DNA of 64,000 bases from Lama glama (lineage: Eukaryota): NCBI GenBank assembly GCA_028534125.1, contig CM052816.1, positions 51,772,001 through 51,836,000 of the forward strand, given 5' to 3'. The first letter of the stretch is position 1. Every line of letters starts with the position of its first letter. Under the pieces are notes generated by a model, which was given only the letters and a program-made list of their open reading frames with translations, did not search any database and was not told the origin of the DNA. Positions 14,012 through 26,859 of the stretch are shown in pieces. A program made the position numbers and the translations under genes.

Positions 14012-15416
14012 TGATCTTGGGACCAGTGGTGAGAGAACTGAAAGGGCGAGTCAAGGAAATAAGGAGAGGGCAGTGTTGCCTTCTATCAAAATAAGAAAAT
14101 AAGTCATTCTCCTATTTACCTTAGAATTATTCAGTCCTTTTGTTTGAAAGTGAATGTTTAAATTCTTGGTTCAAAAATAAAAATGAAATGACAGTTCTTA
14201 TACTTTATTCTGAATTATGAATGTTGATCTTATGACATGCAACTTCTTGTAATGATAGTTACGACAAAGTAGATGCAGAATGAAGCAGAAGACAGCATTT
14301 ACACTTAAAAATAGTCAAGTTACAGACTTTTTAAAAGGCAGTTTATAATTAGGTCTGACCTCTGAAGGTGCTGGTTAGAACTGTTATGGCTAAAGGATTA
14401 ACTGAAAAATAAGAGGAGTGAAAAACTTGGAAAAGTACTTTTAATGCTCCTGAGTTTCAAAAGGGTTGCTTTAGTCTTAACGGAGCCATGTAGATAATCG
14501 AGCAGCTTTCAAAGAACACTGTATATTCTGAAAATGCATTTGAATAGGATCTACCTATTTATTTTTATTATTGTTCATTTTTTATTATTTTATTATTAAT
14601 ATGTCTATAGTTATGACTATAACTAGAAACCTGTAATTATCCTTTCTATAAATTATGAACAAATATAAGAGCTTATTTTTAAAATGGCATTTTCATTCTT
14701 AATGACAATAAAGCATTTGAACCTGTTGTACTGTAAAGGCTTACAATATAATTAACTATAGCAGAGTCTGTTCACTTATTGTTGGCACAATTCTTTAGAG
14801 TAACTGAATGACTACAGTGGGAATCCAAAATGTAGAAATTATGGAAGTAACTTTCTGAGATTAAATACCATTGATAGAGTTTCAAAAGTTTGCACACACA
14901 AAAATTATAAAATTTGTGGAAAAAAAAAAAGGCTACGTTATAGCCTTTCAGGCTTTTGTCCAACAACCCAGGTAATTTTTCTGTGGGGAGAAGATGAGTC
15001 TTTGGATTTGTGGGTGAGTTCAGGTAACAGTGAAGCCACGAACAAATGTGAACGGCACCTGCTGTCCGTTCTCTTCTCCCTGCCTGCTCTAACCCCGGAG
15101 TCACGGCTTCCTGTGACTGTGGTCATGAGCTGCCAGGAGGAATAAACCCTCAAGTCAGAACAAAAGACAGTGGTTGGCTTTTCGGGGGCACTTCCACAGG
15201 GCACAAAACAAGAGCAGGACTGTCAATACAAGGACAGAAGCTCCAGCATCTTGGTAAAGAGCTCACAGCTTAGGGACATGGCATTTCCCAGAATATCTGC
15301 AGGAATTGTACAGAGGCCTTCTCAACACACACAATCCAGTTATTTACTTCCCTCTTGAGTTGAAAACGGTGTTCATTTAGAAAGAACCAGGAACACTGGT
15401 CTATTGCATTTGTTAA

Positions 15417-15614
<198 letters not shown>

Positions 15615-15855
15615 TAAAGTGTGTCTCTTAGGCTGCTATAAATGAATTCAAACTTGCGCTTAAGTGATGTTTTTCGTTTTATTTCAATCTGGAGGTGAGT
15701 ATAGGGACTATTTTAAAGTGACTAAGTTCCTTCTAATTTTTTTGAAACTTCACTTAATCTTCAAAATCCATAGACAAACTTTTTAACCCTCTGTTCCACT
15801 TGAGGCCTCCTTACACTGAGTACACTATGATAAGTTGGTTTTTAATCTCATAATA

Positions 15856-15950
15856 AGGGTGACTGTATGTCCCACTTGATCCAGGATGATCTTGGTTTAC
15901 AACTGTCATAATTATTAACTCTTCCTTTCACTCTCAAGAGTCCCGGTTAC
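15856..15950 (+). mobile_element. hAT-Blackjack MITE (MER94-like), partial
   Basis: AGGGTGACTGTATGTCCC...AATTATTAAC...CCTTTCACTCTCAAGAGTCCCGGTT; related to 22589-22697. Confidence 0.6.
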
Positions 15951-16313
15951 TGTATAGTCAGTCAATTAAAGATGGACCTGTCATTTAACACCATGAAGAC
16001 CAAACCACTTCCCAGTTATTTTTATTATTCTTGACACACAACGAAAAGCTTTAATTTAGTATTTTTTCTTTTTAAATGTAAAAAGGAACATCTGTATTTC
16101 CTATCCAACTTCAGTGTTTGATGCTTCTTAATTATGGTATTGTTTTTAGGAGAGAAAACTTGACTTTGGCACAATTTAAACTCCTGCCTCCTATTACCAA
16201 CATATGTTCATGAATGTATATAAAGTTCCACTGGCCTTTTTCCCACTTGGCCAGGGGAAAGTAAAGTGGAAGTACTCCTAGGGGCTTGCAAGTCAGATCC
16301 ATGGACCTGATGA

Positions 16314-16766
<453 letters not shown>

Positions 16767-17122
16767 TAACATGGGCTTTTTCTTCTTTTTCCAAATCACT
16801 CTCATCATTTATTGGAATGATGGAGGCCCTGAAGACCTCACCTCTGCTCAGCCACATGCTGCTATTGGAAGCATATCATCTTCCATGTCCCCTTTCTAAC
16901 CATTCTCCCACTTTACACCCAGTTCTCTATGCTGCGCCACATTCATTGGAATTAAGTCTTTCGGAATAAGTTGCCTTATTGCAACTGTGACCTGAGGATA
17001 GTTCATGCAGAGGCTTCTTGTCCCAGTTAGACTTTTCAATTGACTTAGAAGGGAGAGAGACTTAAGGATTGCAGCACTAAAACAGTAGAAATTTCTTCAT
17101 TTTACTTTGTTTTTTATTTAAG

Positions 17123-17178
17123 GATGATTTTAGACGGTATCATGGAGCTATCGCTCGCAAGAGAATTCGCCTAAGCAG
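17123..17178 (+). CDS. ACOT12: ACOT12 exon 9
   Basis: tttaag| and |gtaagg; DDFRRYHGAIARKRIRLS (Arg-Arg at codons 312-313); 56 nt. Confidence 0.93.
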
Positions 17179-17410
17179 GTAAGGGACTTAGGTGTAAGGA
17201 TTTTATGGAATCTCCCCTTATCTGACAAGCTACATAGCAAAGAGCCCTCTCTGGGTCTCTATTCCCATATAATGTTTTAAAGAGAAAGTCTAATGTTTTC
17301 CTCCACAGGCTACTGTGTTGAAAATTGTTCTTCCTGATCGTTGAATAAAGTGTAGTTATTGCTGTGTGTTAAATGCAAGAAAGAAAACTGTCATTTAACT
17401 TTTTTTCCAG

Positions 17411-17474
17411 AAAATATGTTGTTTCCCACAAAGAAGAGGTTCCACTTTGCGAACACTGGAATATTGACAACCAG
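17411..17474 (+). CDS. ACOT12: ACOT12 exon 10
   Basis: ttccag| and |gtgaca; KYVVSHKEEVPLCEHWNIDNQ; 64 nt. Confidence 0.93.
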
Positions 17475-18133
17475 GTGACAGTTTTATGATTTGGAGTTGT
17501 TTGTGTAAAAACGCTCATCATTTAACTGACTCCCATGTTGTGCCTATACAGGTTAGATGAAAAGGTGAATTATAGCAACTGGTCATCCCAAAAGGAAACA
17601 AACCCAAGCTATCAGTAACTGGTTATCAGCCAGCTGCTTCATTGTCTTGTTTGTATGATATGTACAATTCCCACGTTACAGATTCTGGATGCTCTGTCAT
17701 CAAATGCATTCAAGCAGCATGGGATATTGAGATTTGATGTCTCACCATGGTTTGTGCTGAATGACACGCCCACCAGCTTGCATTTTATAACACAGCAACC
17801 AAGTATTGGTCATTTTAATGTTGTTGACCATAAAATGTAAAGGGAAATCCAAGTTTACTTATTACTTATAGATTACAAATCATACTTAAGGGTAATCTTG
17901 TCTTTGTTCAGGACACAAATTATAATGATACTAATATGCTAAGCATACAGGCCTCACATTACTGTGTCTGAATTCTGAATTAAGAGTTTGAGATAGAAAC
18001 TATGTTACCTGTAGCTTAGCTCTAACCTCAGCATCATCACTTCAGCTCTAACAGTGCCCATTTTCTAAGCAGAAAATACTTGATCACATATCTATGCATT
18101 GAACTTATAGCTTTTCAAATATTTGTACTTTAG

Positions 18134-18217
18134 GTATCCTTGAGTAAGGGCAATGTGGAGGCTCTCAAAAAGATGGCAGCCAAGAGTGGATGGGAGGTTA
18201 CCAGTGCTATGGAAAAG
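18134..18217 (+). CDS. ACOT12: ACOT12 exon 11 (start of START domain)
   Basis: ctttag| and |gtagga; VSLSKGNVEALKKMAAKSGWEVTSAMEK; 84 nt. Confidence 0.93.
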
Positions 18218-18339
18218 GTAGGAGGCATCCAGGTATATGCACAACCCATCACAACCCACTGCCCATCACATATGAAAGTTGTCATAGTGGTAGAGGTTCT
18301 GCTGCTTGTAATGCTGCTTTAAGAGAGTGAAAAAAAAAT

Positions 18340-19322
18340 GGAGAATAAGATGACAGAATATGAAGACTCTGAGTTTACCTCCCCACACAAACACATCAAA
18401 AATACATCAACACATGGAACAATTCACACTGAGGGAAACTGGCAGAAAGATTCTTATACACCAGCGAAGGCTGTAAAGAAAGATCCACACAGAGTCAGGA
18501 GGAAGGGAAGTGATCAGGTCAGGACCTGTGCCACCACACTTAAAAAACATCAATGGACAGATTATCCAGAAAGAAAATCAATAAATTAAACAGCGATCTT
18601 AAATGGCACTGGCACATTAGACTTTTTTGACTTAATAGATATCTACAGAACATTCCATCCAAAATCAGCAGGCTACACATTCTTTTCAAGCACATGGACC
18701 AGTCTCCAGCATCAATCACATTTTAGGTCACAAAACAAGTCTCAACAATTTTAAGAGGATAGAAATTATATCAAGCAGTTTTTCCAACTACCCCAAAATC
18801 AATACAAAAAGAAAAATGGGAAAAGAAGACATAAGTGGAAACTAAAAAACATGCTACTGAAAAAAAAAAAACAGCTCAATGAAGAAATAAAAGAGTAATT
18901 CAGAAAATATCTGGAGACAAATGAGAATAAAAACACAATCTTCCAATATCTATGGGATGCAGCAAAAGCAGTTATAAGAGGGAAGTTTATGATGATACTT
19001 GCCTACCTCAAGAAACAAGAAAAATCTCAAATAAACAACCTAACCTACCATCTCAAGGAATTGGATAAAATAGAACAAGCAAAGCTCAGATTCAGCAGAA
19101 GAAAGGTAATGATAAAGATCAAAGAGGAAGTAAACAAAATAGAGACCAAAACTAATAGGAAAGATCAATGAAACAAGAGGTGGTTTCTTGAAAAGACAAA
19201 CAAAATTGATAAACCTATAGCAGCCAGGCTCATCAAGAAAAAAAGAGAGGACTCAAATAAACAAAATAAGAATGAAAGAGGGAAAACTACATCTGATACT
19301 ACAAAGATACAAAGAGAAAGAA

Positions 19323-19381
<59 letters not shown>

Positions 19382-21870
19382 GAAATCCTATGAACAGTTA
19401 TATGAAACAAACTGGACAATTTAGAAAAATGTATAAATTTGTAGAAATATACAATCTTCTAAGACTGAATTAGGAAGAAATAAACATTGTGAGTAGAATG
19501 ATCACTAGTAGTTAAATTAAATTACTAATCAAAAAATTCTAGCACACGAAAGTCCAGGATTGGATGGCTCCACATTACCAAACACATAAAGAAGAGCTAA
19601 TACTCAAGTGTCCAAAGAGTGAGAAGAGGAGGGAACACATCTAAATTCACTCTATGAGACCACCATTACCCTGATACCAAAACCAGATAAAGACACTACA
19701 AAAAACTCTCATGGCCAAATATCTCTGATCAATATACATGTAAAAATCCTCAACAAAATATTAGCAAATCAAATCAATAATATATAAAATATTTGTATGT
19801 ATCATGTATTTTTTTTGGTAATACACAAAATACAAAATATATACCATGATCAAGCAAGATTTATTCCCGGGATGCAAGGATGGTTCAATATTCACAAATC
19901 AATCAATGTGATACACCACATTAACAAGAGGAAGGATAAAAATCACATGATCATCTGAATAGAGGCAGAAAAAGCATCTGATAAAATTCAATATCCATTC
20001 ATGATAAAAAAAAAACAACTCTCATCTAAGTTGGTACAGAGGAAACATCTCAACATAATAAAGGCCATATATGACAAACCACATCATACTCAACAGTGAA
20101 AAGCTGAAAGCTTTTCCTCTAAAATCAGGAACAAGACAAAAGTTTCCCACTCTAACCACTCCTATTTAGTGTATTAGAAGTCTTAGGCACAGAAGTCAGA
20201 CAAGAAAAAGAAATGACAAACATCCTAATTGAAGGGGAGAAGTAAAACTGTCACTGTCTGCAGATGACATGATACTATATGGAGAAAATCCCTAAGTGTC
20301 CACCAAAACTATTAGAACTATTAGAATAAATAAAGTCAGTAAAGTTACAGGATTCAAGATTAACATGCAAAAATCTGTTGCTTTTCTATACACTAATAAT
20401 GAACTATCAGAAAGAGAAAACAAGAAAATAACCCCATTTAAAATTACTTCAAAAAGAATAAAATACCTAGGAATAAACTTAACCAAGGAGGTGAAAGACC
20501 CATTCTCTGAAAACTATAAAGCATTGATGAAGGAAATTGAAAATGATGTTAAAAAAAATAAAAATAGAAAGATAGCCCATGTTCATGGATTTGAGGAATT
20601 AATATTGTTAAAATGTCCATACTAACCAAAGCAATCTACAGATTAATGCAGTCCATATCAAAATATCCATGAAATTTTTCACAGAACCAGTACAAAAAAA
20701 TCCTAAAATTTATATGGAACCACAAAAAACTCCAAATAGCCAAAGCAATCTTGAGAGAAAAGAACAAAGTTGGAAGTATTACACTCTCTGACTTCAGAGT
20801 ACATTACAAAGCTACAATACGGTATACAACATTGTAAACTGACTATACTTCAATTTTTTTAATTTTTAATTAAAAAAAAACAGTATGGTACTGGCACAAA
20901 ACCAGACACACAGATAAATGGAACAGAATGGAGAGCCCAGAAATAATACCATGCACTTATGGTCAATTAATCTACAAAAAAGGGGGCAAGAATATACAAT
21001 AGGGAAATGACGGTCTTTTCAGTAAGTGGTTCTGAGAAAACTGGACAGCTACATGAAAAACAAATAAATTAGAACATTTTCCACACCACATACAAAAATA
21101 AACTCAAAATGGATTAAATACCTAAATTTAAGATTGGAAACCATAAAAGTCCTAAAAGAAAACATACAGAATGCTCTTTGACATAAATTGTAGCAATTTT
21201 TTTGGATCTGTCTCCTAAGGCAAAGGAAAAGAAAGCAAAAGGAAACAAATTAAACTTAAAAGCTGTTTTTTGCATAGCAAAAGAAACCTTCAGCAAAATG
21301 AAAAAGCAACCTACTCAACGGCAGAAAATATTTGCAAATGATATGACTGATAAGGAGTTAATATCCAAAATACACAAACACCTCATAAAACTCGGTATCA
21401 AAAAAACAAACAACTTGATTAAAAATGGGCAGAAGATTTGAATCGACATTTTTCCAAAGAAGACATACAGATGACCAAAGGCACAAAAAAAGAGAAATGC
21501 AAATCAAAAACTCTGTGACTTATAAACAACTCATACCAGTCAAAGTGGCTATCATCAAAAAGACCACACATAACAAATGTTAGCAAGGATGTGGAGAAAA
21601 GGGAACCCTAATACACTGTTGGTAGGAATGTAAATTGGTGCAGGCCCTATGGTAAACAGTATGGAAGTGCCTCAAAAAACTAAAAATAGAATTACCATAT
21701 GATCCAGCAACTGCACTACTGAGTATATATTCAGTATATATCATATATATTTATGTATACACACATTCTTCTATACAGGAGTATAATCTATAAAAATTAC
21801 TGAATCACTACATTGTATACCTAAAATTAATATAATGTAAACCAACTGTACTTCAATTTTTTAAAAAGTA
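18340..21870 (+). mobile_element. Decayed, internally deleted LINE-1 in ACOT12 intron 11, sense to the gene
   Basis: ORF2-like peptides in the ORF track ([34 protein letters not shown]...[14 protein letters not shown]); RT motif ADDMILY from 20260; many stops and frameshifts; L1 3' tail near 21790-21870. Confidence 0.92.
19322..19381 (+). repeat. (AAAG)15 microsatellite
   Basis: 15 perfect AAAG units read directly. Confidence 0.97.
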
Positions 21871-22588
21871 AAAACTTTTTTGGGGAAATTTCTTAAAGAG
21901 TTAAGTATCTTTCCAGTCCTGTCTCTACAACTCCATGCTGGCTGATCCGAGGTCCTTCAAATTGCCCTGCACATTCTTACCTCTGAGGTTAGTTCTCATA
22001 TTCCACGTCTCTGTCCTCCTCCTTTTTATCTACCCTAGTCCTACCCAGTCTTCAAGACCCAAGGAAATGCTTCTCCATAAAGCCTATAACCCCTGAATGA
22101 AGGAACATATCCCTCTAGGAACTCCTTTAACAATTACTTCTTTAGAGTTAACTTGTCAATTAACTATGCATTACCTTGTGACATTTCTTCCATAGCCACA
22201 CTGAATTGATATTTAAGCCTTACACAGCAATTTAACTTTCTATACATGGTCTTTTTCTCCAACTAGATAAATTTCTTAAGAAAGAAGACTTGTCCTAACT
22301 TCTTTGTACCTCCCTAGCACCTTTTACAATGATTTGCATGTTATTAAATTTGAATAAATATATATCATTTGTATTTTAATTTTATCTAATTTCAGAGGTA
22401 TATTAGGAGACTCTTTTGATGCTCACACTAAATAGATCATAAGCTCTCAGAGGACCGTTTTGCTAACCACTGTAGTCCTAGAACATAGCAGTACCTGGCA
22501 CTCAGGAGATGCTCAACAATGTCAACACTTTGTGCTCATGTTTGAGAGGGCACTGTTTTTCATCATCAATGAGCAGTAGCCTCTAAAA

Positions 22589-22697
22589 TAGGATTGCTGT
22601 ATGTCCTGGCTTTCCTGAGACAGTCCTGGTTATCCCATCATAATCATTAACAGTGCCTAAGTGTTCCAGTTTGCTTAATAAATTATATGGTCACTTA
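22589..22697 (+). mobile_element. hAT-Blackjack MITE (MER94-like)
   Basis: Decayed terminal inverted repeats TAGGATTGCTGTATGTCC...AAATTATATGGTCACTTA. Confidence 0.6.
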
Positions 22698-24877
22698 CCC
22701 TGAAATGGAAGCAAACTCAGATGCTACTTCACTGATGGTGTTCAACTCTGACTTTGACCTCCTCTGCATGTTCTGGTTTTGGTTGTTTGCTTTTATCATG
22801 TCTTGGGCCTCACTTCTGAATCCTTTCAGGGTCTTCCTTACCCTCTTTGGATCCAGTTAGGTTTTCATCTATGCTTGGTTCAGTGATACAGAAACACAAG
22901 TTTAACATAACAAAGTTACTTGTTTCTCTTTATGCCTCATAAAAGCTGCTTCTAAACTTTGTTTTCTTTCACTAATATGAAATCTGCTTCTTGCATCATT
23001 GCTGGCATCTGAGCATTCATGAGTAGCACTGGAAATGACAAATTCATGTCTGGAGTGAGGGACAAGGACATATTTAGTAAAGTCATATAACATTAAAATT
23101 TCAGTTCTTTAGGACTTTGGGGCCAGAAACCAACCTAAACAAGTAAATGTGTATTTGTTAGTGTCTAAGGAGGGCCATCAATAATTCTTAATTTTTATAC
23201 AGATACTTATTATAGGATATTATATAATTAAGGAAACATTCTCACGTTATGTCTGTTGAATTTGAAGCCCTCTTTCTTTTTAAGATTGTATTTATGATAA
23301 AAGATCTAGTGTTTTCCTTTCTGAGTTATCCTCCTCTTCTTTTCCACTTTTTAAAGCTTTTATATGCTTTATTTTTTTTACCACCTTCACCCATTATATG
23401 CTTTTAATTCTGAAATACAGCTAACTTATTTTTTTCTGTCACTTTTTAGCTGAATAATTCTTACAACACAACTGTCTGTTAAGGATTATACTTATGTTGG
23501 ATTTTTTAAATCTATACTTATTTTGATATATTTTGATAGATGTAAAAGTCTAAGATTTCTGGTATTTGTAATGAAATTGGGCAGTACTTATTGTTTTAAC
23601 CCATATTTCATTTTCAATATAAGTGATGGAATTAATAATAGCAGTAATATAAGGAGCAAAAGATCTACCCTCAACTTAAAGGAGCTTATAGTCTATTTCG
23701 AAGGCATCACACATACACATACAATAGCTGAAGAATAATTTAAGGTAGCTTATAAGCAAGTTAGAGGTTGCAGTATTTAAACTGTGAAGGTCAGCTCTTA
23801 GGTAAAGTCAAAGAAGACAGTTGCTTAGACACAACTTTGGGGAGATGATTCTTCTCTCCTTGAAGACAGTGTAAGGATAAATTGCTGGAGGAGTAAAGGA
23901 GCTTTCTAGGCAGTGAGTGGCTTGACCCAAACCTTCCTGGTGGCAATTAGCATGGATGGGAGACTAGCCTGGCAGGAGTAGTTTTTATTTAGGGAGTAGC
24001 TGAGAGTGTACTATAAACATTGTGGTGGAAGCCAAAATGGCAAGGATCACGTGAAAAACTTTACCCACAGGAAACAAACCAGAGGAGCTATTCTCATTGA
24101 AGCTGGGGAAGAACTGGTCCCAGAGCTCCACCTAACTAGGTCTCCTCCCCTTAACCCCTTAACCTCCACTGCCAAGGAATCTACCCCTCTCCCCATGACT
24201 CTGTAAAAACCAGTTTTGCCCTCCTTCCCACAATATAGTCTCAATAACGTATTTATCAACAAACAGTATAAAATTCTAAAAGTTTGAGTTATTTCCCCTT
24301 GTGCTATTTGTATAAGATCCAAATCTTAGTAGAATGAAAAAAGGCAGTATCATTCAATATCATTAATAAAATATTAGCGAGCTCTAGCAGATTTTGAGCC
24401 TACTTTAAGCTTCATTTCATAGAATAAAATTCTCTAGGCACCAAATGATAAAACGTTTGAGTTGGTTACAAATGGAAGTTAACTTATATTCTTCCAAGCA
24501 CGAAAAGGAACTCATTTTTTTTTGGAAAGTTTGTCTTGGAGAATTTTTTCACTAAGCAAAAGTTGACTTTCCTAAAATAGTAGGGTTTAAAGAGAGCCAA
24601 CACCAACTGCTGCCTTTCCTTGTCTGCTTTGTCTGCATCAATGTCATTGATTCTGAGAACAGAGTGATGAGAAGGACTTCCTGCTACTTATACCTTTGGG
24701 GAAAGGATCAAAATATCATGCGTTCATCCAACACTGCACTTGGCACTGGATGAGTCCAGTGAGCCCTATAAGGGCAGAATTTAATGGTGGCTACTTAGTG
24801 TGATGTTTGCTTTGTCTCCAGGTTAGGAAGCAGCAGCATGTGTCTGCAATGTGGGGAGCAGCTTCCTGGAAAAGCGC

Positions 24878-25340
24878 TGTGATACTTTCCTAGGGCTGCC
24901 ATAACAGTAACACAGACTGAGTGGCTTAAACAACAGAAACGTATTGTCTTGCAGTTATGGAAGCTGGAAGTTGAGATCAAGGTGTTGGGAGTGTTGGTTC
25001 CTACTAAGGGAGTGAGGTAAAATCTATTCCAGGCCTCTCCCCTAGCTTCTGGTGGTTTGCTGGCAATCTTTGGCATTTCTTGGCTTGTAGATACATTACC
25101 TGCCCTCTGCCTTCATCTTCATATTGGGTTTCCCCAGCGTGTATGTTTGCGTGTCCAAACTGCCCCTTTACGTAAGGACACCAGTCATATTAGATCAGGG
25201 GTCCATTCTACTGCAGTACAACCTCATCTTAACTAATTATATCTGCAATGATAGTATTTCCAAATAAGGTCATATTCTGAGGTACTGGGGGTTAGGACTT
25301 TAACATATGAGTCTAGGGGCACAAAATCCAATCCTTCACA
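24878..25340 (-). mobile_element. MaLR solo LTR (MLT1-like)
   Basis: TG...CA ends; near-perfect 5-bp TSD AGCGC/AGCAC; typical block TTTCCTAGGGCTGCCATAACA...GGCTTAAACAACAGAAA. Confidence 0.85.
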
Positions 25341-26725
25341 AGCACTCACCACAATAGTACATTCCACTCCACCCTAGCTCCACCCCAAAGCCAGCATGAC
25401 CGAGGTGCTGGAATTCATTCTGGCCACCTACCCCTGCACACCCAGAGACTGCAGAGCCCCGGCAGGCTGGCTTAGAGCCACACAGCCACCAGACTTTGAT
25501 AAGGTGGCCTGCTACTCCTGCTGTGCAGGGCGCTAAGGCAGGCACGTCGATCCTGGGGTAAGTCTCAGACACCCTCCAGAGCTGCATTCATGGTTTTCTT
25601 TCTGTTTGGTAATTGCCCACACTCTAGGTCACATCCTCCTTTGAGGGCTCAATTTAAAGACAGGCTTGGCACTGAGGTCAACTGAGGAAGTAAAATGGCA
25701 TAAACAAATAGTTAATTTCTTTCCTTTCTAAGCTGCTTTTAGTCAGTTTCTCATTTCTTCATTCTCTTCTTGAAGATATTTGTGTTTAAATAAAGGTTTT
25801 CTCCCTCACAGACTGAATTTTCCATCTGCTTGATTCCTGCAGTAAAGTCTTAACCCTACGTTTGCTTGTCTTCTCACAGCTAGTTGCTATGGGAATGATT
25901 CTAAGATGGCAAATTTCAACACTAACTTCATAGCACCCTGAAAGAGATGGAGAAAATGGGCAGGACAGAAACGTGTTCTTAGTTGAACACATACCTCTGA
26001 TTATTGGCAAAAGTAGGAGTGTTCAGAGTGATAAGGGATACAGTAATGTTGAGCCTAAGTCAAACGGTTCCTCAAGATGAGTCCCCTCTTATCTAAGCAC
26101 TGGAAACCAGGAAGTGGCCTCCCAGGAAGATGAGCCCTTATGATTCACAAATGAAGGAATTCTTTCTTCTGCTGAAGAAACAAGATGCTTCAGCGGCCCT
26201 GTTGAGAGGTTGAGTTGGTTCTAGGGGCAGTTTGGCTTACTTCCTGGGTCCCCTTGGCCTACTTGAAGTCACACCTGATATCCTGGGAAAGTGTCTTAGG
26301 TTGTAGTCTTGGCTCCAAGGTCTTAGGGGGAGATGAAGCACCGACTTACCCAGCAATCTGGTGATATTTTCTGTTGTTCCTGGATAGACGCAGGGAAACA
26401 TCCTAAAGAGAGAAAGAGAGAAAGAGAGAAAGGCTAATGTTCTTAATTTTTCATAAGAAAAACTGTTGCACAATAATTAATTAACCCACTCTCAAGTCAC
26501 ATATTGTTCAGATGACACAGGAGGATAGCATCCTGGTTTGAGCTCTAGACATCCAAGTATTTGAAGTGAAATTGGCATCATTTGGCTTCATTGTTATCCG
26601 GGTACCAAGATACCTTACTTAGCTAGTGCAATCAGCCTAGGACTATATATATAGGTTTGTGGTTTTTAATGTAAAAACATCCATTTTTCTTTTGTAATTA
26701 ATTTTTTCTTGCTATTATCTTTTAG

Positions 26726-26859
26726 ACAAAAATATATACTCTAGAAGAGGACGATATTTTATCTGTTTGGGTTGAAAAGCATGTGGAAAGACCAGCACAC
26801 TTGGTTTATCATCTCTTGTCTGACTTTACCAAGCGACCTTTGTGGGACCCTCATTACAT
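26726..26859 (+). CDS. ACOT12: ACOT12 exon 12
   Basis: ttttag| and |gtaaga; TKIYTLEEDDILSVWVEKHVERPAHLVYHLLSDFTKRPLWDPHY; 134 nt. Confidence 0.95.

Noticed and set aside
18989..21441. ORFs with L1 ORF2-like peptides as possible host genes
   Set aside because: Fragments of a decayed L1 broken by stops and frameshifts
25335..25590. GC-richer patch with short ORFs next to the MLT1 LTR
   Set aside because: No recognisable protein similarity or convincing splice signals
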